Shown piece by piece: positions 44,018 through 55,682 of a stretch of DNA of 64,000 nucleotides. Location: NCBI GenBank assembly GCA_963695555.1, contig CAVOGR010000001.1, positions 1-64,000 on the forward strand, in the 5' to 3' direction. This DNA is from an uncultured Gemmatimonadales bacterium (GTDB lineage Bacteria > Gemmatimonadota > Gemmatimonadetes > Gemmatimonadales > GWC2-71-9). The position numbers were made by a program, and so were the translations under genes. The notes under the pieces were generated by a model that was not told the DNA's origin, did no database searches, and worked only from the letters and a program-made list of their open reading frames with translations. Every line of letters begins with the position of its first letter. The first letter of the stretch is position 1.

Positions 44018-46672
44018 ATGCACAGCCTGATTCCCGGACTCCTGTTGAGCCTAGCGGCTCAGGGATCTGCGCCAGACGCCAGGCCGCCCGACCCGGACAC
44101 GCCCCAGCGGGTCCAGGCCGTTCGGTTGAGTGAGCCCATAACCATGGACGGCGCCCTCGACGAGGCCGGGTGGCAGCGGGCCACCCCGTTCAGTGCCTTT
44201 ACCCAGCGGGATCCCAACGAGGGCGAGCAGCCCAGCCAGCGCACCGAAGTCTATGTGCTCTATGACGATGAGGGCCTCCTGATCGGTGCCCGGCTCCATG
44301 ATACCGCCGTCGACTCGATCGTAGCCCGGCTGGGACGGCGCGACGATTGGACCAACTCGGACTGGTTCGGCGTATTTCTCGACCCATATCGGGACGGGCG
44401 GACCGGGTTCTACTTCGGCCTGAACGCGGCGGGCACCCAATATGACGGGGTGCTGTTCAACGACGATTGGGACGATGACAGCTGGGACGGGGTGTGGGAG
44501 GGCAAGGTTCAACGGACCTCCGACGGGTGGACCGCAGAAATGCGGATTCCCTATTCGCAACTCCGGTTCAAGAACGGGACGGAACAGGTCTGGGGCATCA
44601 ATTTCAAACGCGAGATCGCCCGAAGCAACGAAACCGACTACCTGGTCTTCACGCCCAAGAACGGCAGCGGGTTCGTTTCACGCTTCCCCGAATTGCGCGG
44701 CCTCCAAGGAGTGAACCCGCCGCGGCGGCTCGAGATCCTGCCCTATGTGACCAGCCGCGCAGCTTTGCTCGATCACGAGCCCGGCGATCCGTTCAACGAC
44801 GGCTCGCGAATTACCAGTAATGTCGGCGCGGACGTGAAGTTCGGGCTGGGCAGTAATCTTACTGTCGACGCGACCATCAATCCCGACTTCGGCCAAGTCG
44901 AGGTCGATCCGGCGGTCGTGAACCTGAGCGATTTTGAGACCTTCTTTCCCGAAAAGCGGCCATTCTTCATCGAGGGCCGGACCATCTTCGACTTCGGCTT
45001 CGGCGGCGCCAACAACAACTGGGGCTTTAATTTCGGCACGCCGGACTTCTTCTATAGCCGACGGCTCGGCCGGTCGCCGCAGGGTAGCCTGCCGGACGTC
45101 GATTACTCGCACTCGCCCGACGGCACCACCATCCTGGGCGCAGCGAAGATCTCCGGCAAGATCGGCAACACCAACATCGGCATGTTGCACGCGTTGACTG
45201 GACGCGAGATGGCGGATATCGACCTGGGCGGAGTGCGGCAAGCTGTCGAAGTCGAGCCACGGACCTACTACGGGGTGGCCCGGGCCCAGCGGGAGATGAA
45301 CGACGGGCGGCACGCCGTGGGGTTCATCGCCACCTACGCCAAGCGCGACTTCGGCGATCCACGCCTCGAAAACGAGATCAACGGCTCGTCGGTCGCGCTG
45401 GGGCTCGATGGCTGGACCTTCCTCGATCAGGATAAGGAGTGGGTGATCACGGGGTGGGCCGGCGCGAGTCGGGTGGCGGGAACGCGCGCGCGTCTGCTCG
45501 ACCTCCAGCAGAGCTCGCTCCACTACTACCAGCGCCCCGATGCGGACTACATCACGCTCGATTCGAGCCGAACCTCGCTCGCGGGGTACGGCAGCCGAGT
45601 CTCGCTCAACAAGCAAAAGGGCGACTGGCGGATCAACACGGCCTTTGGCCTCATCAGCCCGGGCTTCGACGTCAACGACGTCGGCTTCCAGTGGAACTCC
45701 GACGTGGTGAACGGGCATTTCGTGGTGTCTCGCCTCTGGTCCCAACCGAGCCGACTGTTCCGGTCGGTGAGCACCAATCTCGCGGTGTTCCGGAGCTGGA
45801 ACTTCGGGGGCGACGTGACCTGGACCGGCCTGTTCCAGAACGGCCAGGTTCAATTCCTGAATTACTACCGGCTGAATTACTTCGTGGCCTACAACCCGGA
45901 GACCGTGAGCTTCCGTCGCACCCGCGGCGGTCCGCTTACGGTGAATCCGCCCGGCTGGGAAGGCAGCATGTTCCTCCGGTCCGACGATCGGAAGTCGCTG
46001 GTGTTTGGCGTGGGATTCGAACGGTCGGATTACCAAAAGGATGCCGATCGGAGTTGGGAGATCGAGACTGAGATCGAGTGGAAACCATCGAGTTCACTTT
46101 CACTGGCCTTCACACCGGCGTTCAGACGCAGCTTCACGTCGGCGCAGTATGTGGACACGTTCGAAGATTCCAACGCGATCCCCACGTTCGGCAATCGCTA
46201 TGTCTTTGCCGATCTCCAACAGACCACCCTGTCCGGTGGGCTCCGGCTCAACTGGGTGTTCACCCCGAAGTTGAGCCTTCAGCTCTACGCCCAGCCGCTC
46301 ATCGCGTCGGGTGACTACACCGATTACAAGGAGCTGGCCCGCCCACGGAGCTATGACTTCAACGTCTACGGCCAGAGCGGCAATTCCACCTTCGACCCCA
46401 CCACCTTCACCGCGGATCCCGACGGGCCGGGTGGGCCGGCCCAGCCGCTCGAGATCGGCAACCAGAACTTCAACTTCCGCTCACTGCGCGGGAACGCGGT
46501 GCTGCGGTGGGAGTACATGCCCGGCTCGACCCTGTACCTGGTCTGGACCCAGAGTCGGAGCGATGACGAGGCCATCGGCGACTTCCGCTTTGGCCGCTCG
46601 CTCAACCGGCTGTTCAGCGCCAAGGCCGACAACATCTTCGCCATCAAGATGACGTATTGGTGGAATCCGTGA
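44018..46672 (+). CDS. CBM9-like plus DUF5916 outer-membrane protein
   Basis: DGALDEAGW, WTAEMRIPYSQLRF, NPDFGQVEVD, FPEKRPFF, FYSRR; aromatic C-terminus. Confidence 0.85.
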   Translation: MHSLIPGLLLSLAAQGSAPDARPPDPDTPQRVQAVRLSEPITMDGALDEAGWQRATPFSAFTQRDPNEGEQPSQRTEVYVLYDDEGLLIGARLHDTAVDSIVARLGRRDDWTNSDWFGVFLDPYRDGRTGFYFGLNAAGTQYDGVLFNDDWDDDSWDGVWEGKVQRTSDGWTAEMRIPYSQLRFKNGTEQVWGINFKREIARSNETDYLVFTPKNGSGFVSRFPELRGLQGVNPPRRLEILPYVTSRAALLDHEPGDPFNDGSRITSNVGADVKFGLGSNLTVDATINPDFGQVEVDPAVVNLSDFETFFPEKRPFFIEGRTIFDFGFGGANNNWGFNFGTPDFFYSRRLGRSPQGSLPDVDYSHSPDGTTILGAAKISGKIGNTNIGMLHALTGREMADIDLGGVRQAVEVEPRTYYGVARAQREMNDGRHAVGFIATYAKRDFGDPRLENEINGSSVALGLDGWTFLDQDKEWVITGWAGASRVAGTRARLLDLQQSSLHYYQRPDADYITLDSSRTSLAGYGSRVSLNKQKGDWRINTAFGLISPGFDVNDVGFQWNSDVVNGHFVVSRLWSQPSRLFRSVSTNLAVFRSWNFGGDVTWTGLFQNGQVQFLNYYRLNYFVAYNPETVSFRRTRGGPLTVNPPGWEGSMFLRSDDRKSLVFGVGFERSDYQKDADRSWEIETEIEWKPSSSLSLAFTPAFRRSFTSAQYVDTFEDSNAIPTFGNRYVFADLQQTTLSGGLRLNWVFTPKLSLQLYAQPLIASGDYTDYKELARPRSYDFNVYGQSGNSTFDPTTFTADPDGPGGPAQPLEIGNQNFNFRSLRGNAVLRWEYMPGSTLYLVWTQSRSDDEAIGDFRFGRSLNRLFSAKADNIFAIKMTYWWNP

Positions 46673-47019
46673 TGGGAGGGAGTAGGGAGTGGGATGGTAG
46701 GGAGTAGGACCTGGAAAGGGGGGCCGACGACAGATTGCCGGCCTCTTCTCTTTTTCGTCGCTTCTGTCCTCGGACGACTCCCTTACCATCCTACTCCCTA
46801 CTCCCTACTCCCTACTGCCAATCACCGCATCTCACCAGCCCTTCTGTCACGATTCGTTACAACAGCGCCTCCTGAACCATCAAATAGCCCCTCTACGCTG
46901 GTCTCCATCTTGCTCATCATCACCCCAGGAGGGGCGGATCCCCCGAGAGTCAGTATTCCGACTGGCCCATTCGCCCTTCTCCTTGACTCATTTCAGGCGA
47001 GAGCCGGTGGGAGACGGAC

Positions 47020-47430
47020 ATGAGGATCACGCTGAAGAACACTCGCAGCACGGTCATAATGGTGGGGATACTACTCGCCGGGGCGGTATCGGCCTGCGGT
47101 GACGACCCGCTGGCACCGTTCGAGCCCCAGGTGGCCAATCTCACGGACTCGTTTCAACTGCAGGCGACCGACGTCACCGGCGTCACCGCCACGGTCACCT
47201 ACACTTGGCAGAACACCGGCACCACGGCCAACGTGAACCAGGCGTCCGTCAAGAATGCGGGGACGGCCGTGCTCACGATCAGTGATGCCGGTGGGACCCA
47301 GGTGTATTCGCAGGACCTGGCCGCCAACGGCACGTTCCAGACGACTGCTGGGACAACCGGCGGCTGGACTGTCCGAGTCGTCCTCAGCGACTTCAGCGGC
47401 ACGCTCAATTTCCGGGCGGAGAAGCCGTAA
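47020..47430 (+). CDS. Hypothetical lipoprotein
   Basis: VSAC lipobox; beta-rich mature region. Confidence 0.7.
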   Translation: MRITLKNTRSTVIMVGILLAGAVSACGDDPLAPFEPQVANLTDSFQLQATDVTGVTATVTYTWQNTGTTANVNQASVKNAGTAVLTISDAGGTQVYSQDLAANGTFQTTAGTTGGWTVRVVLSDFSGTLNFRAEKP

Positions 47431-47447
47431 GGAGAAGAAGCGGATAG

Positions 47448-47507
47448 GCGGAAGTCAGAAAGGCGGGAAGTGATCTCCACTCACCTTCCCGCCTTTCTGA
47501 CTTCCGC
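47448..47507. terminator. Perfect 23 bp inverted repeat between convergent genes, probable bidirectional terminator
   Basis: GCGGAAGTCAGAAAGGCGGGAAG-14 nt-CTTCCCGCCTTTCTGACTTCCGC. Confidence 0.7.
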
Positions 47508-47514
47508 TTCCCGC

Positions 47515-49788
47515 CTACGGCGTGGCTGCCGCCTTCCCGCCCGGCTCCAGGTTCTCCATGAGGTAGCTGGTTAGCAGGTTGTACAGGTGCAGGGTGGTGC
47601 CGCGGCCCTCGAAGATGCCGTGGGAGCGGTTGGGATAGGCCATCATGGTAAAGGGCTTGTTGTGCTCGATCAGCGTGTTGATCAGTCGCTCAGTGCCCTG
47701 GTAGTGCACGTTGTCGTCGCCGGTGCCGTGCACGACCAAGCAGGTTCCCCTTCGAGATGCTCTGCGAAGGTGATGGGTGAGCCCTTCCGGTAGCCCTCGG
47801 CGTTCTCGTCCGGCATACCCATGTAGCGTTCCTGGTAGATGGTGTCGTACAGGGTCTGATCGGGCACCGGGGCCACCGCCATGCCGGTGTGATAGAGGTC
47901 GGGGTAGCGGAACAGCGAGGTTCAGCGTCATCGACCCGCCGCCGCTCCAGCCCCAGACGCCGATCCGTTCGGCGTCGATGTACGGACCGTTCGCTGATCA
48001 GCGCCTGAACACCCGCCGCCTGATCCGCCGAGGCGATGATGCCGATCTCGCGATAGACCATCTTCCGCCAGTCGCGGCCGCGCGGCGCCGGGGTGCCCCG
48101 GTTGTCCAAGCTGACCACGAGATAGCCCTGCTCGGTCAGGTATTGGTGCCACAGCATCGAGCGGCCCGCCCCAGCGATCCAGCACCGTCTGGCCTGCCGG
48201 CTCGCCGTACACGTAGAAGAGCACCGGGTACTTCTTGGATGGATCGAAATCGTTGGGCACCATCAGCCATCCGTCGAGCTTCACGCCGTTGCCGATGTCG
48301 ACTTGGAAGAATTCGGTGGGGCGAGCCTTGATCGCCTGAATCGTGGCCTTGAGCGAGTCGTTGGTCACCAGTGTGCGCGCCACGCGATGCTTCGGCAGCG
48401 TGATCAGGGAAGTCACCGTTGGCGTCTCGACATTCGAGTATCGGTGAAACGCCCACGTGGCGTCGGGCGACAGCTGGTAGCTGTGCGTTCCCGGCAGATC
48501 CATCGGCGAGAGTCGCTCGGCCTTGCCGCTTCCGGTCGAGCCGTGCACGGAAGAGGTAGCGCTGCGTCGCGTTGGTCGGCGAGGCCATGTAGTAGAGCCA
48601 ACCGCCCTCGTCGTCCACCTGCACGACGCTCACGATGTCGACGTTGGCCGGGGTGATCGGCATGATCGAGCGCCCATCCCGGGATACGCGGTACACCCGG
48701 CGCCATCCGTCGCGCTCGCTGACCCAGGTAAACGCCTTGCCACCGTCGAGCCAGTAGAGATCGTCGACCACGTCCACCCAGGCCGAGTCGGCGTCGGTCA
48801 TGATGGTCCGGACCGCCCCGGTGCGCGCGTCACCCAACATCACGCGGTTCGTGTTCTGGAGCCGGTTCAGCTGCTGGATGATGACCTCGTTGGGGCTCTC
48901 GGCCCACTCCATCCGGGCCAGGTAGTTGTTGCGCGGGTCGCCCTCGGTGGCGAACCAGGTGGTTGCGCCCCCGCTTGCCGGGACGACGCCGATCCGCGCC
49001 GCCGAGTTGGTGGTGCCCGCCTTGGGGTACTGGATGGGGATGACGTAGGAATAGAGCGAGTCGGTGTTGTTGATCAGGAGAAAGTCGCGCACGCCCTCCG
49101 CGTCGAGCTGCCAGTAGGCGATCCGGGCCCCGTCCGGGCTCCAGCGGAAGCCGTCCTGGAGGGACAACTCTTCCTCGTAGACCCAGTCGAAGGTGCCGTT
49201 GATGATGGTCGTCGAGCCGTCGTGGGTGAGCTGGGTGATCGCACCCGTCGTGAGGTCCTCGACGTAGATGTTGTTCTCCCGGACGTAACCGACCCGGGTG
49301 CCGTCGGGGGAGAACTTGGCGAACATGAGCGACGCTTCGGGCGCGCCGCCGCCCAATTGCCGGAGCTCCCCGCTCGCCACGTCGAGCACCCAGTAGTCGC
49401 CGCGGGTGTTGGTGCGCCAGACGCGGCGGGTGTTGGTGAAGACGAGGAGGCGTCCGTGATCTTCGGACCAGATGTAGTTGCTGATGCCGAGCGGCCGGGC
49501 TTGCCCGGCTGGGATGAGGGCCGACGCCGGGACCAGGACTTTGCGGTCACCGGTTCGCGCGTCGTATTCGACGATGTCACGCCCGCCGGGCGTTGTGTCC
49601 GAGCCCTCGAGTGTCGTGTACACACTGCCATTCAGCCATCGGGCCGGTCCGAAGTTGTCCCCAAAAAAATCACGCGACGCGAAGATGCGGTCGAGGGTGA
49701 GCCGCTCCACCGCGACATCCTGGGCCGCAATCGGAGCGGGAAGGCTGATGAGAACCACAAGGAAAGGTGCCAAACGAGAGAGACGCAT
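47515..49788 (-). CDS. S9B dipeptidyl peptidase IV; several frameshifts in the 3' third
   Basis: DWVYEEE, YPKAG, YVYGEP, DNRGT, GWSGGG, HGTGDDNVH, YPNRSH. Confidence 0.9.
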
Positions 49789-50070
49789 AGTGACGATCCG
49801 TGGTGGAAGGAACGCCCTAAATGGAACGTGGGATGGGGCGCAGGGGAAGGGGTGAGCAAGGGAGTAGGGAGTAGGGAGTGGGGGAATGAGGCGGAAGGTG
49901 GTTGGTCGGTCGGACGGAACGTGAGTGGAATGTTGTTTTCTGGCTCGCCTTTCGCCTTTCGCCTTTTTGCTTCTTCGCCTCTTCGGCTTCCCGCCTTCCC
50001 GTCTCCCGCCCTAGTCCTGGCACGCCCTTTGCCTTTTGGACTAACGACGAAACGGACCTCGATGTGACGG

Positions 50071-50724
50071 ATGACCACGCGGGATGCGCGCATGAGCCGT
50101 TCGACGCCAACCCAACCTGCCCGGGCTCTCCGGGCGCCGCGCCAGTCGGCGATTGGCTTGCCGATGGGCCTGGGGCTCTGCGTCGTGGGGTGGATCATGC
50201 CGCTCCCGATCGAGTCAGCTGCGCGGGCGCCGGAGCCGCCGGCGCGATTGACCATCGAGCGCTCGCTGCTCGGTAAGTTGCAGACCCTCGCGGCCGGACT
50301 CCGCTTGGAAATCGTCCTGTGTCTCGAGGGTACGCATACCGGCGATGGCGTGCACCTCACCGACTTCTTCATGCCCGATCCCGAAATGGCGGCCGGCGCA
50401 CGTGTGCTGGCTGCCCCCTGCCAAAGCACCACCGCCGCCGTGTGGCACAATCATCCGTTCGTGGACGCATTCCATGGGCCGGACGGAGTTCGCCCGCGTG
50501 GCGAACCCATTCGCGAGCCGCGACAACTCTGCGCGCTGTCTCGGAGCGACATCCGGACGACGATCGAGCGCGGCTATCCGTTCGTCGTGGTATCGGTCGA
50601 CGCCGAGACCTGGTGCTGGTGGACCCTCGACCAGGTCAAGCGGTTCGGGAGTGAACGGCTGCCGCTCGGACCAGCGATCGATGGACAAGGCTCCTGGCGC
50701 GGCCCCATCGCGTCGCTGCCCTAG
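50071..50724 (+). CDS. Hypothetical membrane-anchored/exported protein with JAB/MPN-like residues
   Basis: Hydrophobic N-terminal segment; EIVLCL...WHNHP...LSRSD. Confidence 0.5.
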   Translation: MTTRDARMSRSTPTQPARALRAPRQSAIGLPMGLGLCVVGWIMPLPIESAARAPEPPARLTIERSLLGKLQTLAAGLRLEIVLCLEGTHTGDGVHLTDFFMPDPEMAAGARVLAAPCQSTTAAVWHNHPFVDAFHGPDGVRPRGEPIREPRQLCALSRSDIRTTIERGYPFVVVSVDAETWCWWTLDQVKRFGSERLPLGPAIDGQGSWRGPIASLP

Positions 50725-51186
50725 GCCGCCCATTCACGGCACCGCAACACCACAACCAGTTGTAGAACGTCTTCCGCTGGTAAAGAATCCCGTAGTGGAG
50801 AATTCCGCTCGGGACCTTTCCTGTCTCTGCTGCGCCTGGAAGCTCGGCTGCCTCGGTCCAGCCGGCTCCATCGAATCAAGTGCCGTACCTGCAATGTTTT
50901 ACCCGTGAACCACCCGTCCGTGCTCGACGGCGCGGCGCTTGACGGGCCCGTCTGGACTGACCGCCTTCCTTACCGACCGGGGAATTGGGACCTATATTGT
51001 CCTATCTGCCGGTGCCCCGTCCGTTGGACATCAGGCGTCCATCTCGTTTGACCGTTCCGGGGAGAGCACCTGCGAATTAGCACCCTTACCTCTGTGTTTC
51101 CCAGTGGACCCGCCCCCACGGGTCCGTGTGTTCGTCCCGGGCCGGCACCCGCTCGCCCGGGATTCGTTTATCACCAAGGAGGAGTA

Positions 51187-52638
51187 ATGTCAGGAATCAG
51201 GAACTCGATGCGATTCTTGGGCCTCGCGCTGGCCGCGTGGGCCCTGGCCCCCGGAATCGCAGCGCAACAGGCCTACGAATCGCCGGCCGCGGCGAAGCTC
51301 GAGGTCACGTCCGCGTCGGCCGAAGCGAACAAGCACTTCTGGGCCGGTGTGAGCGACGCGGAGAACGTCTTCTTCACCAGTGCCACAGCGCATTTCGATA
51401 AGGCGCTCGAGGCCGATCCGGCATTCGGTATGGCACGGGTATTCCGTGCCCGGAGTGCCGCGGGCATGAACCAAGCCGCCCGCCTGGCCGAGATCAACAA
51501 GGGTATCTCGGAGTTGAGCGGGGCCAGGACCGGTGAGTTGCTGACCGCGCTGGGAATGCGCGAGTGGACCGCCGGCAACCTAAAGGAAGCCATGGCCATC
51601 TTCGGGACCGCATCCAAGATGATGCCAGGAGATCCGCACCTGGCCTTGTACCGGGCCAACGTGACCGGTGGCGCGACCAACCCCGAGCGGGGCATCGCGG
51701 CCACCCGGTCGGTCACCGAGGACTTTCCCGAGTTCGCACCCGCGTGGAACACTTTGGGCTATCAGCTCTGGCAGGCTGGTGACCGGGCCGGCGGGCTCGA
51801 GGCCATCAAGAAGTACGCGGAACTCGCACCCGACCATCCCAACGCGCACGACTCCTATGCCGAGCTGCTGCAATGGAGTGGGCGCTACAATGACGCGATG
51901 ACCCACTATCGCCGGGCGGCGGAACTCGATCCGACCTACGGCGCGGCCTACACCGGCATGGCCGAAGTCTCGCAGATGATGGGCGCCGGCGATCACGCCC
52001 GGCGGCACTTGAATGAGGCCATCGAGCATGCTGCGGGGCCCAATGCCAAGGTCAACCTGATGCGGGGCATCGGCACCAGCTACGTGATCGACGGCAATAT
52101 GAAGGCAGCGGTTCAGCAGTTCACCGCCGCCGCCACGGAGGCCGAGAAGGCTGGCAACAAGAACCTGGCGGGGCTCGCGCTCCAGCAGGCGGCGATGGTC
52201 GAAGCCGTAGCGGGCAAGAAGGGCGATGCCGCAACCCATCTGACCAAGGCCGGCGAGATGATGGGTGCGGACAACCCACAGCAGCTGGGAACCGCGGCGA
52301 TGGTCAATGCCAGAATCGGGAACAGTGCGGTGGCGATGGAGTCGGCCAAGAAGCTTGGGGAGGCCGCCAGCAAAGGCCCCGCCGGCATGAAGAATTTTTC
52401 CCACCTGGTGAACGGTGCGGTCTACCTGCATGCCAACCAGGTCGACAAGGCCGTGGCGGAGCTGGCCCAGGCCGACCCGGACGATTACGTGGCCAAGGCA
52501 TTGCTCGCCTCATGCTATGACAAGATGGGTCAGAAGGCCAATGCCGCAGCCCTACGCGAGGAAGTCGTCTCGGATCGTCGGTACGGTCTCGGCGACGTGG
52601 GCTACATGATCGCACGACTGGAAGTGATGAAGAAGTAA
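51187..52638 (+). CDS. Exported TPR protein (related to 35788..37296)
   Basis: AAGGAGG RBS; signal peptide; VTSASAEA...HFDKALEADPAF resembles the other TPR protein. Confidence 0.85.
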   Translation: MSGIRNSMRFLGLALAAWALAPGIAAQQAYESPAAAKLEVTSASAEANKHFWAGVSDAENVFFTSATAHFDKALEADPAFGMARVFRARSAAGMNQAARLAEINKGISELSGARTGELLTALGMREWTAGNLKEAMAIFGTASKMMPGDPHLALYRANVTGGATNPERGIAATRSVTEDFPEFAPAWNTLGYQLWQAGDRAGGLEAIKKYAELAPDHPNAHDSYAELLQWSGRYNDAMTHYRRAAELDPTYGAAYTGMAEVSQMMGAGDHARRHLNEAIEHAAGPNAKVNLMRGIGTSYVIDGNMKAAVQQFTAAATEAEKAGNKNLAGLALQQAAMVEAVAGKKGDAATHLTKAGEMMGADNPQQLGTAAMVNARIGNSAVAMESAKKLGEAASKGPAGMKNFSHLVNGAVYLHANQVDKAVAELAQADPDDYVAKALLASCYDKMGQKANAAALREEVVSDRRYGLGDVGYMIARLEVMKK

Positions 52639-52756
52639 GTGCAGGGAGTAGGATTATAGGTTTGTAGGTTGTAGGAGTCGGGAAGGTGGGAAGTGCTGAT
52701 CAGCTAATTTCTGGTCCGCCTTTCCGCCTTTCCGCCTTTCCCTCATCTTCAACTAC

Positions 52757-53194
52757 ATGCCTACACCCCTACTTCCAACCAACCGGTCCTGGTCTTTCTC
52801 GCTCCCGGCCGAGTTCGGCCATCGGGATGTGACGCCCGACGTGGAAGCCTTGGTTCGAGACTCGGGTATCCGGACCGGGGTATTGGTGGTGCAGTTGGTG
52901 GGTTCCACCGGCGCCATCACCACCATCGAATACGAGCCGGGTGCGCTCGAGGACCTGCGCCGTGCACTCGACCTCATCGCACCGGCCAACGAGGACTACG
53001 CCCACAACGCCCGATGGGGCGACGGAAACGGATTCTCCCATGTCCGTTCCGCACTCCTCAAAACTAGCCTGGCCATTCCGATTATCGCCGGCCGACTAGC
53101 CCTCGGCGCCTGGCAGCAAGTGGTGGTGATCAACCTGGACAATCGAGATCGCCGGCGGGAGATTGTGGGTGTGGTGGTAGGGAGTAGAGAGTAG
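52757..53194 (+). CDS. YjbQ/UPF0047 family protein
   Basis: GSTGAITTIEYEPG, YAHN, NGFSHVRSALL, LGAWQQVV. Confidence 0.9.
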   Translation: MPTPLLPTNRSWSFSLPAEFGHRDVTPDVEALVRDSGIRTGVLVVQLVGSTGAITTIEYEPGALEDLRRALDLIAPANEDYAHNARWGDGNGFSHVRSALLKTSLAIPIIAGRLALGAWQQVVVINLDNRDRRREIVGVVVGSRE

Positions 53195-53251
53195 AGAGTA
53201 GGGGATAGGAAGGCGGAGCAATGCCGAATCACCTATGTCTACCAATTGCCC

Positions 53252-54679
53252 ATGGCGACTGACCTCCCGGTGATCATTCAAGGTGGCATGGGCATAGCCG
53301 TGTCCGGCTGGCGGCTGGCCCGGGCCGTCTCCTCGGAAGGCCAGCTGGGCGTGGTCTCCGGGACCGCCCTCGACGCGGTCTTCGCCCGACGGCTCCAACT
53401 CGGCGACCCTGACGGCGACGCGCGGCGCGCCCTGGCCGCCTTCCCGGTGGCCGGCGTGGCCGATCGAGTGCTGGATCGCTATTTCGTTCCCGGCGGCAAG
53501 CCCGACGGGATCCGATTCAAGACCAAGCCAGTGCCCAATCTGCGACTCTCCCGCCGCCTCCAGGAGTTGCTCGTAGCCGCCAACTTCGTTGAGGTGTACC
53601 TGGCCAAGGAAGGCCATGAGAATCCCGTCGGCATCAACTACCTCGAGAAGGTCCAGATCCCGACCCTGCCCTCGCTCTACGGAGCGATGCTGGCAGGAGT
53701 CGATTACGTCCTCATGGGTGCGGGAATACCGCGCGCGATTCCCGGCATCCTCGACCAGCTGGCCGAGGGCCGTGCAGTCGAGCTGAAAATCGATGTGAAA
53801 GGAGCCACCGACGAGGATGATCAGTACAACCGCTTCGACCCGGCCGAGTTCAGCGGTGGAGTGCTGCCGCCGGTCACGCGCCCGGCCTTCCTGGCAATCG
53901 TGTCATCCCACGTCCTTGCCACGATGCTTGCCAAGAAAGTTGAAGCCCGGGTAGACGGGTTCGTGGTGGAAGCTCCGACGGCAGGCGGGCACAATGCCCC
54001 GCCGCGGGGTCGCACCCAGCTCACCGAGGATGGCGAGCCCCGCTATGGCGAGCGGGATGTGCCAGATCTGGAGGCGATGCGCAATCTCGGTCTCCCGTTC
54101 TGGCTGGCGGGGTCCTATGCCGAACCTGATCGGGTGGTGGCGGCCCTCGAGCTGGGAGCGGCCGGGGTCCAGGTCGGAACCGCCTTTGCCTTCTGTGAGG
54201 AATCCGGCTTCTCAGAGGACATCAAACGTCGCGTCCTCGAGTTGAGCAAGCACGGACAAGCCCTGGTGTTCACCGACCCGGTCGCGTCACCGACCGGCTT
54301 CCCCTTCAAGGTCGTGCAGCTGGACGACACCGTCTCGACCGACCAGGTGTATGCGACGCGACCGCGCACCTGCGACCTCGGTTACCTCCGCACTGCCTTC
54401 CGTCGCGAGGACGGATCGGTGGGGTGGCGCTGCGCGTCCGAGCCGGTGGCTGACTTCGTCGCAAAAGGTGGAGCGGAGGACGAGACGGTGGGGCGCAAGT
54501 GCCTGTGCAATGCGCTCCTGGCAAACATCGGGCTCGGCCAGACGCAACAGAACGGCTACGTCGAGCCCGCCCTCATCACGTCGGGCGACGATGTCGCCGG
54601 AGTCGCCCGTTTTCTCCGTCCTGGCGCCGAGACATACCGGGCGGTCGACGTCCTCGATTACCTGCTCCCGAACCGCTAG
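53252..54679 (+). CDS. Nitronate monooxygenase-family flavoprotein
   Basis: IIQGGMG, MGAGIP, AGGHN, GVQVGTAF. Confidence 0.85.
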   Translation: MATDLPVIIQGGMGIAVSGWRLARAVSSEGQLGVVSGTALDAVFARRLQLGDPDGDARRALAAFPVAGVADRVLDRYFVPGGKPDGIRFKTKPVPNLRLSRRLQELLVAANFVEVYLAKEGHENPVGINYLEKVQIPTLPSLYGAMLAGVDYVLMGAGIPRAIPGILDQLAEGRAVELKIDVKGATDEDDQYNRFDPAEFSGGVLPPVTRPAFLAIVSSHVLATMLAKKVEARVDGFVVEAPTAGGHNAPPRGRTQLTEDGEPRYGERDVPDLEAMRNLGLPFWLAGSYAEPDRVVAALELGAAGVQVGTAFAFCEESGFSEDIKRRVLELSKHGQALVFTDPVASPTGFPFKVVQLDDTVSTDQVYATRPRTCDLGYLRTAFRREDGSVGWRCASEPVADFVAKGGAEDETVGRKCLCNALLANIGLGQTQQNGYVEPALITSGDDVAGVARFLRPGAETYRAVDVLDYLLPNR

Positions 54680-54699
54680 CCTCTGGTCCGCCTTGCCGC

Positions 54700-55473
54700 C
54701 TATTTCGAGTGCAGCGCGAACACGGCCCCCTGCTCGTCCATGCACTGGACGATTCGGTCGCCGCCTGGGACCTCCATGGGGCCCATCAGCACCTGGCCGC
54801 CCATCTGCTTCACCTGGTCCGCGCGCGTGTCGACGTTGTCCACCATGGTGTAGAGCAACCAGTGGGGCGGGGCCGGAATTTCCTTGGGCTTGGTGAACAT
54901 CCCGCCCAGCGGAATGCCGGTACCGGGTAGGCCATACATCTGGTACATGCCCGCCTCACCCATGTCCATGGTCTCGGTCTTCTCCCAGCCGAACAGCTTG
55001 CTGTAGAAGTTGAACGCGGCTTCATGGTCGTGGGCCAGGAGCTCGTGCCACGAGAACTGCCCCTGCTCGGGCGGTCCCTCACCGCCAGGCGTCTCACCCG
55101 CGGGTGTATAGGCCGCGAAGATGGCGCCTCCGGGATCGGCCAGGATGGCAATCTTGCCGACCGTCGGGATCTCCATCACGTGGTGCACCACACCGCCGAG
55201 GCTGGAAACCTGGTTGGTGGTGTGGTCGATGTCGGGAGTGGAGACGTAGGCCAGCCAGTGTGGCGGGGCGCCTGCCTTGACGGCGTCGGCTGGCAGCTGC
55301 ATCAGGCCGCCGACTGGCGTTTCACCGTTCATCCACATGGTATACGGCTGGTCCATCCCCTCCCATGTTGAGGTGCTCCAGCCGATGAGCTTGGTGTAGA
55401 ACGGGATCGCGGCGTCGGGGTCGGAGGTGAGGAGTTCGTACCAGACGAAGCGTCCCAACGGAATTCCTGCCAT
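54700..55473 (-). CDS. Two-domain VOC/glyoxalase protein
   Basis: FVWYELLTSD...FYTKLIGW, repeated as FSWHELLAHD...FYSKLFGW. Confidence 0.9.
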   Translation of the reverse strand: MAGIPLGRFVWYELLTSDPDAAIPFYTKLIGWSTSTWEGMDQPYTMWMNGETPVGGLMQLPADAVKAGAPPHWLAYVSTPDIDHTTNQVSSLGGVVHHVMEIPTVGKIAILADPGGAIFAAYTPAGETPGGEGPPEQGQFSWHELLAHDHEAAFNFYSKLFGWEKTETMDMGEAGMYQMYGLPGTGIPLGGMFTKPKEIPAPPHWLLYTMVDNVDTRADQVKQMGGQVLMGPMEVPGGDRIVQCMDEQGAVFALHSK

Positions 55474-55682
55474 GGCTGCCTCCAAGGGTCAGGGGGTGAG
55501 CGAGGCCCGAGGACGATCAGCATAGCCAAAGATGATGCTGCCGTCCAGAAACATGAACATTTCTTCCTAAGACGATCATTTCATACCAGATGTTTCTGCA
55601 CCGACCGGCCCTTGTGAACCGGGTCTTTTCCTGCGATGGTATCGGGGTATTCACGACACCTCCAGCGCTTTGGAGACCAGCC

